Notes: generated by a model from the letters alone, not told the origin. A stretch of DNA of 39,478 bases from Flavobacteriales bacterium (GCA_038242935.1 JBBSRP010000001.1:1-39478), one strand, 5' to 3'. Shown: positions 19,414 to 28,137, counted from the first letter of the stretch. Program-made: numbers and translations.

Positions 19414-19556
19414 TTGGGCGAGACCTTCGCCAGAACGACCCTGCAAAATAGAAACAGTAATGTGGCTCAGGTCGGGCTATCCGTTCCCAATCTTTCTTGT
19501 AGCTTTTGCTCCGCAAAGCTACAAGAAAGGATTTCCACTATTATCCCTCTCGCAAA
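19414..19556 (+). ncRNA. Structured intergenic repeat element, Flavo-1-like motif (copy 1)
   Basis: GCGAGA/TCTCGC closing helix, GACCT/AGGTC side helix, GGG/CCC helix, and a long hairpin AATCTTTCTTGTAGCTTT...AAAGCTACAAGAAAGGATT. The core GGTCGGGCTATCCGTTCCCAATC...GGATTTCCACTATTATCCCT matches my recollection of the multicopy flavobacterial Flavo-1 motif. The family name and strand are unverified. Confidence 0.55.
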
Positions 19557-19676
19557 ATGATCCTCATTTACGGCAATCACGGTGGTAGATAATCTGAACA
19601 TTATAGCAATTCTCTTTCAAATCTAGAGATAGCATTTAAAACAATTAACTAAACTGATCTGAAATTGTACCAAAAG

Positions 19677-19722
19677 AAAAACTCTCAAACAAAGCCAATT
19701 TTATAGTTTCATTTGAGAGTTT
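19677..19722 (-). terminator. Intrinsic terminator of the YceI-FMN reductase unit (copy 2 of the duplicated hairpin)
   Basis: AAACTCTCAAA...TTTGAGAGTTT stem with an A-run on the left (T-run on the minus strand), 24 nt after the stop at 19747. Confidence 0.65.
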
Positions 19723-19746
19723 ATTTTATTTAAAAAAGTATTCTAT

Positions 19747-20316
19747 CTAAACATCTTTTTCGATGCTTTGAAGCCCTTTTGCCCACCTTGCCAATTGTGT
19801 CAACATAGCATTAGCAGACTTTTCTGAAACCTCATTTGCAGTAAAATTTCCGTTCTCATCGATATACTTATCAAACATTGCAAAGTTTACAGCCTCTCCA
19901 AGCGGAACCATTTTCAAAGTAGACAAGGCAGTTTTCAAGGAATTTGCAGCTCTTGTTCCCGCCGAAATTCCGCCGTAGCTTACAATTCCTGCTGGTTTAA
20001 AACGCCATTCCTGAACAAGATAATCCAGTGCATTATGCAGTGGCGCTGGAAAATTATGATTGTATTCTGCAGTGACAAATATAAAAGCATCTGCTTCGTC
20101 AATTTTCTCACTCCACTTTTTTGTATGCTCGTGTTTGTAATCTTTCATCGATGGATGATTTGGCTCATTCATCATTGGTAAATTTTCTTCTCCAAGATCG
20201 ATTACTTCTACATCAAATTCTTTGTGCTTTTTTGCCTGTTCAGCGACCCATTGAGCCACTAGCGGCCCTTTTCGTGAAGGTCGTACTGTAGACGATATGA
20301 TTTTTAATTTATACAT
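19747..20316 (-). CDS. NADPH-dependent FMN reductase
   Basis: SSTVRPSRKG, ADAFIFVTAEYNH, ALDY, KPAGIVSYGGISAGTRA. Confidence 0.9.
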   Translation of the reverse strand: MYKLKIISSTVRPSRKGPLVAQWVAEQAKKHKEFDVEVIDLGEENLPMMNEPNHPSMKDYKHEHTKKWSEKIDEADAFIFVTAEYNHNFPAPLHNALDYLVQEWRFKPAGIVSYGGISAGTRAANSLKTALSTLKMVPLGEAVNFAMFDKYIDENGNFTANEVSEKSANAMLTQLARWAKGLQSIEKDV

Positions 20317-20325
20317 TTATCGTTT

Positions 20326-20904
20326 TTATTTTTTTAAAAATTCAACATCTGCCTTTAGCATTACCTCGTTACTCAATATCGATTCTGGAAATTTAGAACC
20401 TAAATCAAAATCACTTCTTTGCAGTGAACCTGTAACCTGAAATCCTGCAGAAGTCTTTTTGTTTGCTGGGTTTTCCATAGTTCCTCTAAACCATAATTTC
20501 AACTCTACAGGCTTAACGATTCCGTGCATAGTCAAGTAACCGTTTGAAATATATCTACCTTTCTCTTTTCCATCTTTTCTGATAGAAGTACTTTTGTAAT
20601 ACATTTTTGGGAACTTCTCCACATCAAAAAAGTCAGGACTTCTCAAATGTTTGTCTCTAGCTTCAACTTGCGTGTTAATAGATTTGATATCGGCAGTCAT
20701 CTCTAACACTGCATCACTAAAATCCGCTTTGTTGCTGCTGATTGTTGCTTCAAAACTATTGAATAGTCCATCAATATCCGAAATTCCTAAATGGGTAATG
20801 CTAAAAGTAAGTTTTGAATGGTCAAGATCGGCAGCCCAAACATTTTGTGCAAACGAATTTAAACTGATTGTAAGTAACAGAAGAATTGCAAAATACTTTT
20901 TCAT
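20326..20904 (-). CDS. YceI family periplasmic polyisoprenoid-binding protein
   Basis: Signal peptide ending SFA|Q, DLDHSKLTFSITHLG, SINT..RDKHLRSPDFFDVEKFP, LTMHG, RSDFDLG. Confidence 0.92.
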   Translation of the reverse strand: MKKYFAILLLLTISLNSFAQNVWAADLDHSKLTFSITHLGISDIDGLFNSFEATISSNKADFSDAVLEMTADIKSINTQVEARDKHLRSPDFFDVEKFPKMYYKSTSIRKDGKEKGRYISNGYLTMHGIVKPVELKLWFRGTMENPANKKTSAGFQVTGSLQRSDFDLGSKFPESILSNEVMLKADVEFLKK

Positions 20905-21100
20905 AATTGTATTATTTGGTTAGTAATTTTGTCCTTAATATATATGTCTAAAAAAGGATCACTTGTAAAAATACAATAAAGAAGATTGAAGAAGAATTTT
21001 TTTAAGAACATCTTAGAGATTTCTGTCTCATTTATAAAGAAGTACTCAGCAGTAAAAAATTCTTTTCTCAAAATACAAAAGGTCGCCTGAAATCTGTATA

Positions 21101-21787
21101 CTAACCAAAAAACTGTTGAAGCAAAAGACTTAAAAGTTCAATATTACAAGTTTCAAGAGGATGTTTTGTATTCGGTAAAACCGCCAAAGTAGCTTTTGCA
21201 AGTTCACGATAAGTTGCCGATGTTTCTTTCAAACTAACCATTCTATCAGAATCGCCCAGCATCAACTGCACAGGAATTTTAATATCCGAAAGATTGCTAG
21301 ATGCCAAATAATCTTGATCGCCAATATTTGTCATTAAATCTGCAGTCTTTGCCAATAGCGTTTTCCAATCCTTTTCGCCGTGCATCTTCTTTAGCTGCTC
21401 AGCATAATGCGGAATTTTATCTTCTATGATATCTGCATTCAAAAAAGAAGTTTCTTTTGAAGCAATTTCAGGACTCCAATCAAATTTAGTAGCAAGTGTC
21501 GCGATTTTTTCAATCTTATTTTTCCACTTCAACGAATGACATAATGCTACATAACCGCCCATACTGTACCCGAAAACATTAGCATTTTCTATATTATTTG
21601 CATCTATAAATTCATCCAATTCTTCTACCAATCTCGAAATATTCAATTTCTCGTGCGAAGCATTATCGATTCCGTGATCTCTAAATAGTAATGAATACAC
21701 CTTAAAATCTGTAGAAAGTGATTTCGACAAAGCATCAAAATGTGAACTGTGACCAAGTGCGCCATGAATCAAGATTATATTTTTCAT
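21101..21787 (-). CDS. Alpha/beta fold hydrolase
   Basis: LIHG oxyanion motif, nucleophile GYSMGG, GDSD acid, TKHP His. ATGA overlap with the upstream anti-sigma gene. Confidence 0.85.
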   Translation of the reverse strand: MKNIILIHGALGHSSHFDALSKSLSTDFKVYSLLFRDHGIDNASHEKLNISRLVEELDEFIDANNIENANVFGYSMGGYVALCHSLKWKNKIEKIATLATKFDWSPEIASKETSFLNADIIEDKIPHYAEQLKKMHGEKDWKTLLAKTADLMTNIGDQDYLASSNLSDIKIPVQLMLGDSDRMVSLKETSATYRELAKATLAVLPNTKHPLETCNIELLSLLLQQFFG

Positions 21788-22572
21788 AACTTTTTTTCTT
21801 TTTGAATAAATCGAATAGCGGATGGCTCGATTGCATTAGTATCGGTTTCAATGCTCAATACAAACGAATCTGCAGTTATTCCATCAAGTAGATATAAATT
21901 GCTTTTCTCTATTTCGGGATCTTTATTGATGAATACGCTATTATACAACAATTTTTCTTCGGTTTCAGTAACCGTCCACAATTTATACACTTCTGCTTGA
22001 CCCAAAACAGGAAGATTTGATAAATCTAAAATCGCAGTCAGTTCATTGTGATTGTAAAATAATGTCGCTGTAACATCAGTCGAATTATCTTCAGATTCAA
22101 GAAGGTGTTTTTGAGTTTCTGCAAGTCTAAGTAATTCTACAAGTGATTCATTTCGAAGTTCCAATTGTTTTATTGAATCATTTTCAACCAACATTGCCGC
22201 TTTTTCATTTTGACTTTTAGAATGGGTTTCCATTAAACCATAGTTTTCGTAACCAAAATAAGCTGCTGCTAATAGCAGAAGTAAACTCGAAGTCCAGCCC
22301 ATAATCGCTGCCCAATTTGTTCTTTTCTTTTTCTCTAATTTTGTAGAGTGTGGAGTTTGTGCACTAATTATCGCATCAGTCATTTCCGAAGATAGAGTAG
22401 GGGAAACCGCCGAAGTAAGCTGAATAATTGCTGATTCTATTTTTTCTATTTCTAAATTTATCTCAGAATCTTCACGACGCAATTTGCCAATTTCGATATT
22501 TTCTTCCGCAGTAAGATGTCCCAAAACATACATTTCCAATCGTCCCGAAGCTATATATTCTTTAGTTGTCAT
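21784..22572 (-). CDS. Anti-sigma factor, RskA-like (diverged)
   Basis: N-terminal EYIASGRLEMYVLG motif, one TM helix, a coiled coil, and a degenerate RskA domain (LP...YKLW...FVLSIE). Lies directly downstream of the ECF sigma gene. Confidence 0.75.
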   Translation of the reverse strand: MTTKEYIASGRLEMYVLGHLTAEENIEIGKLRREDSEINLEIEKIESAIIQLTSAVSPTLSSEMTDAIISAQTPHSTKLEKKKRTNWAAIMGWTSSLLLLLAAAYFGYENYGLMETHSKSQNEKAAMLVENDSIKQLELRNESLVELLRLAETQKHLLESEDNSTDVTATLFYNHNELTAILDLSNLPVLGQAEVYKLWTVTETEEKLLYNSVFINKDPEIEKSNLYLLDGITADSFVLSIETDTNAIEPSAIRFIQKEKKL

Positions 22573-22575
22573 ATT

Positions 22576-23094
22576 CTAATTTTCGATAGCGGCACGAAGA
22601 TCATCGATACCATGTTTTGTTTGCGTTAATAATTGCTCTTCAGAAATTTCTAATATTTCAGAAGTAGTTGCAATATCTTTTCCTTTAAATAGTAATAAAT
22701 CCAACTGCTGAACTGATTTTGGACGTAGATTCTTTACAAATTCCTGAATTCCATATTCTTTTACAACCGAAAATTTAGTAAAATTTCCTCCAATAATAGA
22801 AACAAAATTATGATTTTCGCGTTTTTCCGTATTTAAGGCTGTCTGCTTATCGTGAATAGTTTCACGACATAAACTAAGCAGCCATCCAAAGAAAGTACCT
22901 TTACTGTCGCTAAATTGAGAAATATTTGCAAAAATCTTTTCAAAAACTTCAAATAGCGCCTCTTCTGCAATCTCTTGCTTGTCAATTGAATGGCAAATTA
23001 TAGCATACAAACTTTCTACATACGTATCATATATATAATAGGAAGCCCGTTTGTCACGGCTCACAATCAGACTTAGTAGTTCGTCTAGCGGCAT
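22576..23094 (-). CDS. ECF RNA polymerase sigma factor (SigK-like, diverged)
   Basis: Region 2-like IYDTY...AEEALFEVFEKIF...KGTFFGWL and region 4-like GIQEFVKNL.PK...LDLLLFKG...SEILEIS. Paired with an anti-sigma gene. Confidence 0.75.
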   Translation of the reverse strand: MPLDELLSLIVSRDKRASYYIYDTYVESLYAIICHSIDKQEIAEEALFEVFEKIFANISQFSDSKGTFFGWLLSLCRETIHDKQTALNTEKRENHNFVSIIGGNFTKFSVVKEYGIQEFVKNLRPKSVQQLDLLLFKGKDIATTSEILEISEEQLLTQTKHGIDDLRAAIEN

Positions 23095-23107
23095 TGTTTC
23101 TTTTTTG

Positions 23108-23115
23108 CAAATTTA
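23108..23115 (-). promoter_or_regulatory. -7 promoter box (TAAATTTG) for the sigma/anti-sigma/hydrolase unit
   Basis: Exact TAnnTTTG 13 nt upstream of the ATG. Confidence 0.6.
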
Positions 23116-23252
23116 TCAATTCTTTTATTAGAAGTTGAAGAACGGGCTATATATTAAGGAGAAAGACTCAAGCGAAATTTTAAAAGTACTTTAACTTAGT
23201 GGAATTCACTGGATAGACATCTTTCACTACTTTAGCTCTAAATAAAAAAGTT

Positions 23253-23846
23253 ATGTCTAAGTTTATTTCAGTTTTTTCGCTAATGCTATTATTTACAGTA
23301 GGTGCAACAACTACATCTTGTGCTCAAAAATCAAATAAAACAACAACCACAGAAAATAAAGTTATGAAAAAATCTATCTACGATTATAAAGCAACTGATA
23401 TCGATGGCAAAACTTTTGATCTTGCTTCACTTAAAGGCAAGAAAGTCATTATTGTAAATACTGCTTCAAAATGTGGTTACACTGGGCAATATGAAGGTCT
23501 AGAAAAATTGTACAAAGAGTACGGAAATGATGGACTAGTAATTATTGGTTTTCCAACTAATGACTTCAATGGTCAAGAGCCTGGAACAAACTCGGAAATT
23601 GCTGCTTTTTGCACCCAAAACTACGGTGTGACCTTTCCGATGATGGAAAAAATTACTGTAAAAGGAGATGATATGAATCCATTATATCAATTTTTGACTC
23701 AAAAAAGCCAAAACGGACTTGAAGATTCAGATGTAAAATGGAATTTCCAGAAATACCTAATCAATGAAAACGGACAGCTTGAAAAAGTTTTAATGTCTAA
23801 AGTTGAACCTTACGATTCAGAAATTATCAATTGGATTAAAGCGTAA
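23253..23846 (+). CDS. Glutathione peroxidase family protein (Cys-type, with export signal)
   Basis: VNTASKCGYT (TGT Cys), GFPTNDFNGQEPG, FCTQNYGVTFPM, KWNFQKYLI, and a hydrophobic N-terminal signal. Confidence 0.93.
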   Translation: MSKFISVFSLMLLFTVGATTTSCAQKSNKTTTTENKVMKKSIYDYKATDIDGKTFDLASLKGKKVIIVNTASKCGYTGQYEGLEKLYKEYGNDGLVIIGFPTNDFNGQEPGTNSEIAAFCTQNYGVTFPMMEKITVKGDDMNPLYQFLTQKSQNGLEDSDVKWNFQKYLINENGQLEKVLMSKVEPYDSEIINWIKA

Positions 23847-23849
23847 AGA

Positions 23850-24350
23850 TTAGTCTTTAAGCAATAACTCCATCAGTAATAAGTCAAGCCACTGGTTAAA
23901 TTTATTACCTGCTTCGTGGCAAATACCTATTTCGCTAAAGCCAAATTTGCGATGAAATGCGACGCTAGCTTCGTTTGAAGCATCAATCGCTGCAATCATA
24001 CTTCGCATATTTTGGCTTTTCGCTTTTGCAATTAATGCAGCCAAAAGCATCGATCCAATTCCTTTTCCGTTTTCATCAGGATTTACATAAACCGAATGTT
24101 CGACTGTGAACCGACTTCCATATTTTTGCCGAAAGGCTCCATAAGTTCCAAAACCAACTACATTCTCATCTTTCACAGCTACAAAAATCGGAAATTCCTT
24201 TTCCTGTTTTTCAGAATACCAACATTTTAGCTCATCCATCGTCCGAGCCTCATCGTCATAAATCGCAGTTGTCTTCAGGATAGCATAATTTGTAATTTCC
24301 AATACAGCATCAAGATCTGAGATTTCGCAATTGCGTATTTTAATATTCAT
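23850..24350 (-). CDS. GNAT N-acetyltransferase, phosphinothricin/methionine sulfoximine acetyltransferase-like
   Basis: TTAIYD, FTVEHSVYV, GKGIGSMLL, NEASVAFHRKFGF, GNKFNQWLD. Confidence 0.9.
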   Translation of the reverse strand: MNIKIRNCEISDLDAVLEITNYAILKTTAIYDDEARTMDELKCWYSEKQEKEFPIFVAVKDENVVGFGTYGAFRQKYGSRFTVEHSVYVNPDENGKGIGSMLLAALIAKAKSQNMRSMIAAIDASNEASVAFHRKFGFSEIGICHEAGNKFNQWLDLLLMELLLKD

Positions 24351-24442
24351 TTAGAAAAGATTGATTTTGAAAAACTTTAGTGTCTAACAATTTTTTTTGC
24401 AAAAATACTTAAATATCACTTTCCAAGAGCGGAAATATACAG

Positions 24443-24468
24443 TATTATTATTATTATTATTATTATTA
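24443..24468. repeat. (TAT)8 trinucleotide microsatellite
   Basis: Eight perfect TAT units plus TA, in the divergent intergenic region. Confidence 0.9.
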
Positions 24469-24533
24469 AATTTTAATATGTTTTGATTCTGAGAAAAAAT
24501 TATCTAGTATTATCTATAAATAATTTCCCAAGT

Positions 24534-25157
24534 ATGAATTCACCAATAAAAACAAGCGAACTTAAAAAAATACTGTCAACATATTTCAAAAAAGCTGGCG
24601 AAAACAGGAATTATGACATTTATACTAACGTCGATCTCGATTTGACAGAAATCTCAACAGTCGAATTAAGCAGCGGGCTTCAAATTTCTGGCGTGTTTTC
24701 TAAGATAATTTCCGCCAATAATCAGCCAATTTATTTACAAACAACTGGCAAGTCTGCTTTATCGCATAACTATATAGAACTCGCCAACCATAGCAAATTG
24801 CAGCATCCACAAGGTTTCGGTACTGCCTTGGGTAAATTAATCGATAGTGATTTACCAATAGAAGTGATGTCTTTAGAAACCTTGAGCAAGTATGGAATCA
24901 TAAAAGATGAAGTTGCTACCTTAAAATTCGAAGGTGGAATTGTGGTAAAAGGTTCAATAAAGAAGATCCTTCGATCATCAGAAGATAAAATCATCATAAT
25001 CACTTTCGAAAATTGTTCCGTAGCACTTGGCGAACTAATTTTATTTGATCCTACTTGGGGATTTTATGATATGGCTGTTGGTGAAAATGTGATTGATGTT
25101 TTTGTTAGAGCCGCGGATTCCAAAAGCTTTGATATAACAGGAAATGTAGAGGAATAG
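24534..25157 (+). CDS. Hypothetical protein resembling the C-terminal extension of flavobacterial aromatic amino acid (Phe) hydroxylase
   Basis: TVELSSGLQISGVF, PIYLQTTGKSALS, HPQGFGTALGKL, LKFEGGIVVKG, ITFENCSV and LFDPTWGFYDMAVG match my recollection of the C-terminal half of long PhhA proteins. No catalytic domain is present. The probable start is ATG 24534. Confidence 0.65.
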   Translation: MNSPIKTSELKKILSTYFKKAGENRNYDIYTNVDLDLTEISTVELSSGLQISGVFSKIISANNQPIYLQTTGKSALSHNYIELANHSKLQHPQGFGTALGKLIDSDLPIEVMSLETLSKYGIIKDEVATLKFEGGIVVKGSIKKILRSSEDKIIIITFENCSVALGELILFDPTWGFYDMAVGENVIDVFVRAADSKSFDITGNVEE

Positions 25158-25432
25158 TAGGAAAGGAACAGAAAGGCAGCAGAAAGTTACGAATCCACTC
25201 GGAAAACTGGTCAAAGTACATAATAAAATATGGCTTTCGCCAAAGTAATTCTACTAATTTCAGAAATTTTTCTTGCTTAAGAATTAACTTTTCAATAGAT
25301 ATTTAAACTTTTTATTTTTGGCTTTTTCCTAACCGAAAATTGCTAGATCTTTAAAAGCGATTTTTAAACATAAACACTCCTTTCAACTGAAATTTTAGAA
25401 GGAATTTGGCTATTTATTTCGATGCTAAATGT

Positions 25433-25440
25433 TAAATTTG
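25433..25440 (+). promoter_or_regulatory. -7 promoter box (TAAATTTG) upstream of menD
   Basis: Exact TAnnTTTG 49 nt before the ATG. Confidence 0.55.
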
Positions 25441-25489
25441 TGAGTTGATTCAGAAATAGATTAAGCACATCAAATTTAAAATACTATAA

Positions 25490-27142
25490 ATGATTTATCC
25501 TCAAATTCCTTTGGCACAAACTGTCATCGAAAGTTGTCGCATTCACGGAATTACAAATATTGTAATTTCTCCCGGCTCCCGAAATGCTCCGCTGACCATA
25601 GGATTTGTGAATAACCCAAATTTTAAGTGTTTTAGTATCGTTGATGAACGTTGTGCGGCATTCTTCGCATTGGGAATCGCACAGCAAACCAAAGAACCTG
25701 TTGCTATTATTTGTACTTCTGGCTCGGCTTTGCTCAATTATTATCCTGCAATTGCCGAAGCTTTTTATAGTCAGATTCCGATTATTATAATTTCTGCCGA
25801 TCGTCCTACCGAGAAAATCGATATTGGCGACGGACAAACAATCAGACAGCGAAATGTCTTTGAAAATCATTCTCTTTACAACGCCAATTTATCTGAAGAA
25901 TCAAGCGACGAAAACGACTTAGAAATCGCAAAAGCAATCAGTATTTCAAAAGAACAAAAAGGTCCTGTCCATATTAATGTTCCTTTTGAAGAACCTTTAT
26001 ATCAAACTACAGAAGTTTTAGCGGTGTCTATTCCAAATATTACTTTTGAATCTACAATTCAACTTCAGTTTGATTTTAAAGAAGAAATGGCACTTTGGCG
26101 CGAATTCAAAAAGAAACTTATTCTTGTTGGAGTCAATGATCCTCATACAATTTCAGAAGAAATTCTAGAGAAATTAGCCAACGATCCTTCGATTGTGGTG
26201 ATGACAGAAAGTACTTCAAATCTTCATAATCCTAATTTTATTGGAAACATCGATAGAATTATTACACCATTTTCGGAAGAAGATTTTCTGAATTTTCAAC
26301 CTGATTTATTGCTGACTTTCGGCGGGATGGTGGTTTCCAAAAGGATAAAGCAATTTCTGCGAAAGTCAAAACCAGAAAATCATTGGCATATTGATAAACT
26401 TCGCGCTTATGATACTTTTGGAGTGCTTACAAAACATATAATTCAGGATCCTTCGGTGTTTTTTAATGCAGTTTTGCCAGAAAAACCTTCAACTAAAAGT
26501 GATTATCGAGATCAAATGCTTTCAATCAAAGAGCATAGAAAAGAAATGCATCAGGATTATTTAGATGAGCTTCCATTCTCAGATTTTAATGCATTTTCGG
26601 TAGTTTTAGGCAGATTACCGCTAAATTGTCAACTCCAAATTAGCAATAGTTCAGCAATTAGATACGCTCAGCTTTTTGATATTGATCCTTCAATCGCAGT
26701 TTTCTGTAATCGCGGTACAAGTGGAATTGAAGGAAGTACTTCAACCGCAATTGGAGCTGCTTTTGCCCAAGAAAAACAAACGGTTTTAATTACTGGAGAT
26801 ATCAGTTTTCTCTATGATAGCAACGCTTTGTGGAATAAGTACATACCTTCAAATTTCAAAATTATCATTGTCAATAATGGAGGAGGAGGAATTTTTAGAA
26901 TTTTGCCCGGACATCAGGAAACCCAAGTTTTTAATGAATTCTTCGAAACTTCACATTGTCTCAATGCCGAGAATTTAGCTGATATGTATGGCTTTACGTA
27001 TTTTAGCGCAAGCGATGATATAGAAGTAGAAGTAGAACTGCCGAAATTATACAGAAATAATACAAAACCAACAATACTTGAAATCTTCACCCCAACTTTG
27101 ATCAACGATCAGATACTATTGGATTATTTCAAAGCACTTTAA
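25490..27142 (+). CDS. menD: SEPHCHC synthase MenD
   Basis: ISPGSRNAPL, DERCAAFFALG, CTSGSA, SADRP, GPVHINVPFEEPLY, NRGTSGIEGSTSTAIG, GDISFLYDSNAL, NNGGGGIF. Confidence 0.96.
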   Translation: MIYPQIPLAQTVIESCRIHGITNIVISPGSRNAPLTIGFVNNPNFKCFSIVDERCAAFFALGIAQQTKEPVAIICTSGSALLNYYPAIAEAFYSQIPIIIISADRPTEKIDIGDGQTIRQRNVFENHSLYNANLSEESSDENDLEIAKAISISKEQKGPVHINVPFEEPLYQTTEVLAVSIPNITFESTIQLQFDFKEEMALWREFKKKLILVGVNDPHTISEEILEKLANDPSIVVMTESTSNLHNPNFIGNIDRIITPFSEEDFLNFQPDLLLTFGGMVVSKRIKQFLRKSKPENHWHIDKLRAYDTFGVLTKHIIQDPSVFFNAVLPEKPSTKSDYRDQMLSIKEHRKEMHQDYLDELPFSDFNAFSVVLGRLPLNCQLQISNSSAIRYAQLFDIDPSIAVFCNRGTSGIEGSTSTAIGAAFAQEKQTVLITGDISFLYDSNALWNKYIPSNFKIIIVNNGGGGIFRILPGHQETQVFNEFFETSHCLNAENLADMYGFTYFSASDDIEVEVELPKLYRNNTKPTILEIFTPTLINDQILLDYFKAL

Positions 27143-27240
27143 ACGGGGATAAATTCACCTAATCTTATTGCAAACATAATATTATTAGAGAGTTTCAATC
27201 TTTGTATCTTTACACACAAATAAATTTAGAATACATTACA

Positions 27241-28086
27241 ATGAATATAGGAGTAGATAATACATTAACAATATTAAGACACACGCCGCCGGGACTATAT
27301 CTGGGAACAGACGATAGCGAAGATGTTGTGTTATTGCCAAATAAATACATTCCAGAACAGTACGAAATTGGAGATAAAATTACCGTTTTCCTTTACTTGG
27401 ATCACGAAGAAAGACCTGTTGCTACAACATTAGAACCATATATTTACCTACACGAATTTTCACTTTTACGTGTGAATTACATCAATGAGTTTGGCGCTTT
27501 TATGGATTGGGGACTTGAAAAAGATCTTTTTGTTCCGTTTAAAGAGCAAGCACGTCCGATGGAAAAAGGGAAACGCTATTTGATTTATATGACAATGGAT
27601 GAGAAAACAAATCGTCTTGTAGGTTCAAGCAAAACAAATCAGTTTCTTAAAAATGAGGATTTAAAGGTTGAAGAAGGCGAAGAAGTGGACTTAATTGTAT
27701 CGCATATTACAGATTCTGGGGTAAATGTAATAATTAACGAAGCTTACAAAGGACTCGTTTATAAGGATCAAATTTTTGACGAAACTATTCGTACCGGAGA
27801 TCGTATGATTGGATGGATCAAAACAATTCGTCCTGATAATAAGATTGACGTAATGCTTCAGAAACCAGGTTACGAAAATGTGGAGCCAAATTCTCAACTT
27901 ATTATGGATGAGCTTAAAGCGAGCCGTGGTTTCTTGAGATTAAATGACAATTCGCACCCTGAAGACATCAAAACAGTTCTTAAAATGAGTAAAAAAACCT
28001 TTAAAAAGGCAATTGGATTACTTTATAAAGAAAAACTAATCGAAATTAAAGAAGACGGAATTTATCTTGTAAAAGAGCAAGAATAA
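27241..28086 (+). CDS. CvfB/YitL family S1 RNA-binding domain protein
   Basis: VLLP, VFLYLD, GAFMDWGLEKDLFVPFKEQ, and a C-terminal winged helix MSKKTFKKAIGLLYK. The probable start is ATG 27241. Confidence 0.9.
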   Translation: MNIGVDNTLTILRHTPPGLYLGTDDSEDVVLLPNKYIPEQYEIGDKITVFLYLDHEERPVATTLEPYIYLHEFSLLRVNYINEFGAFMDWGLEKDLFVPFKEQARPMEKGKRYLIYMTMDEKTNRLVGSSKTNQFLKNEDLKVEEGEEVDLIVSHITDSGVNVIINEAYKGLVYKDQIFDETIRTGDRMIGWIKTIRPDNKIDVMLQKPGYENVEPNSQLIMDELKASRGFLRLNDNSHPEDIKTVLKMSKKTFKKAIGLLYKEKLIEIKEDGIYLVKEQE

Positions 28087-28137
28087 TTTTAATCCTTATT
28101 ATATAATACAAACTATCTAAAACATTTTCTGTTTATT

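Noticed and set aside
19376-19588. 70-aa ORF downstream of ccsBA
   Set aside because: It coincides with the structured repeat element and has no protein-like features.
21784-21786. Genome-wide TGA reassignment (alternative genetic code)
   Set aside because: TGA serves as a normal stop here in an ATGA overlap, Trp is encoded by TGG, and I saw only one gene with an internal TGA.
21101-21787. MenH assignment for the alpha/beta hydrolase
   Set aside because: It has GYSMGG but lacks the following Arg typical of MenH (GYS(M/L)GGR), and it is coupled to the sigma/anti-sigma unit on the opposite strand.
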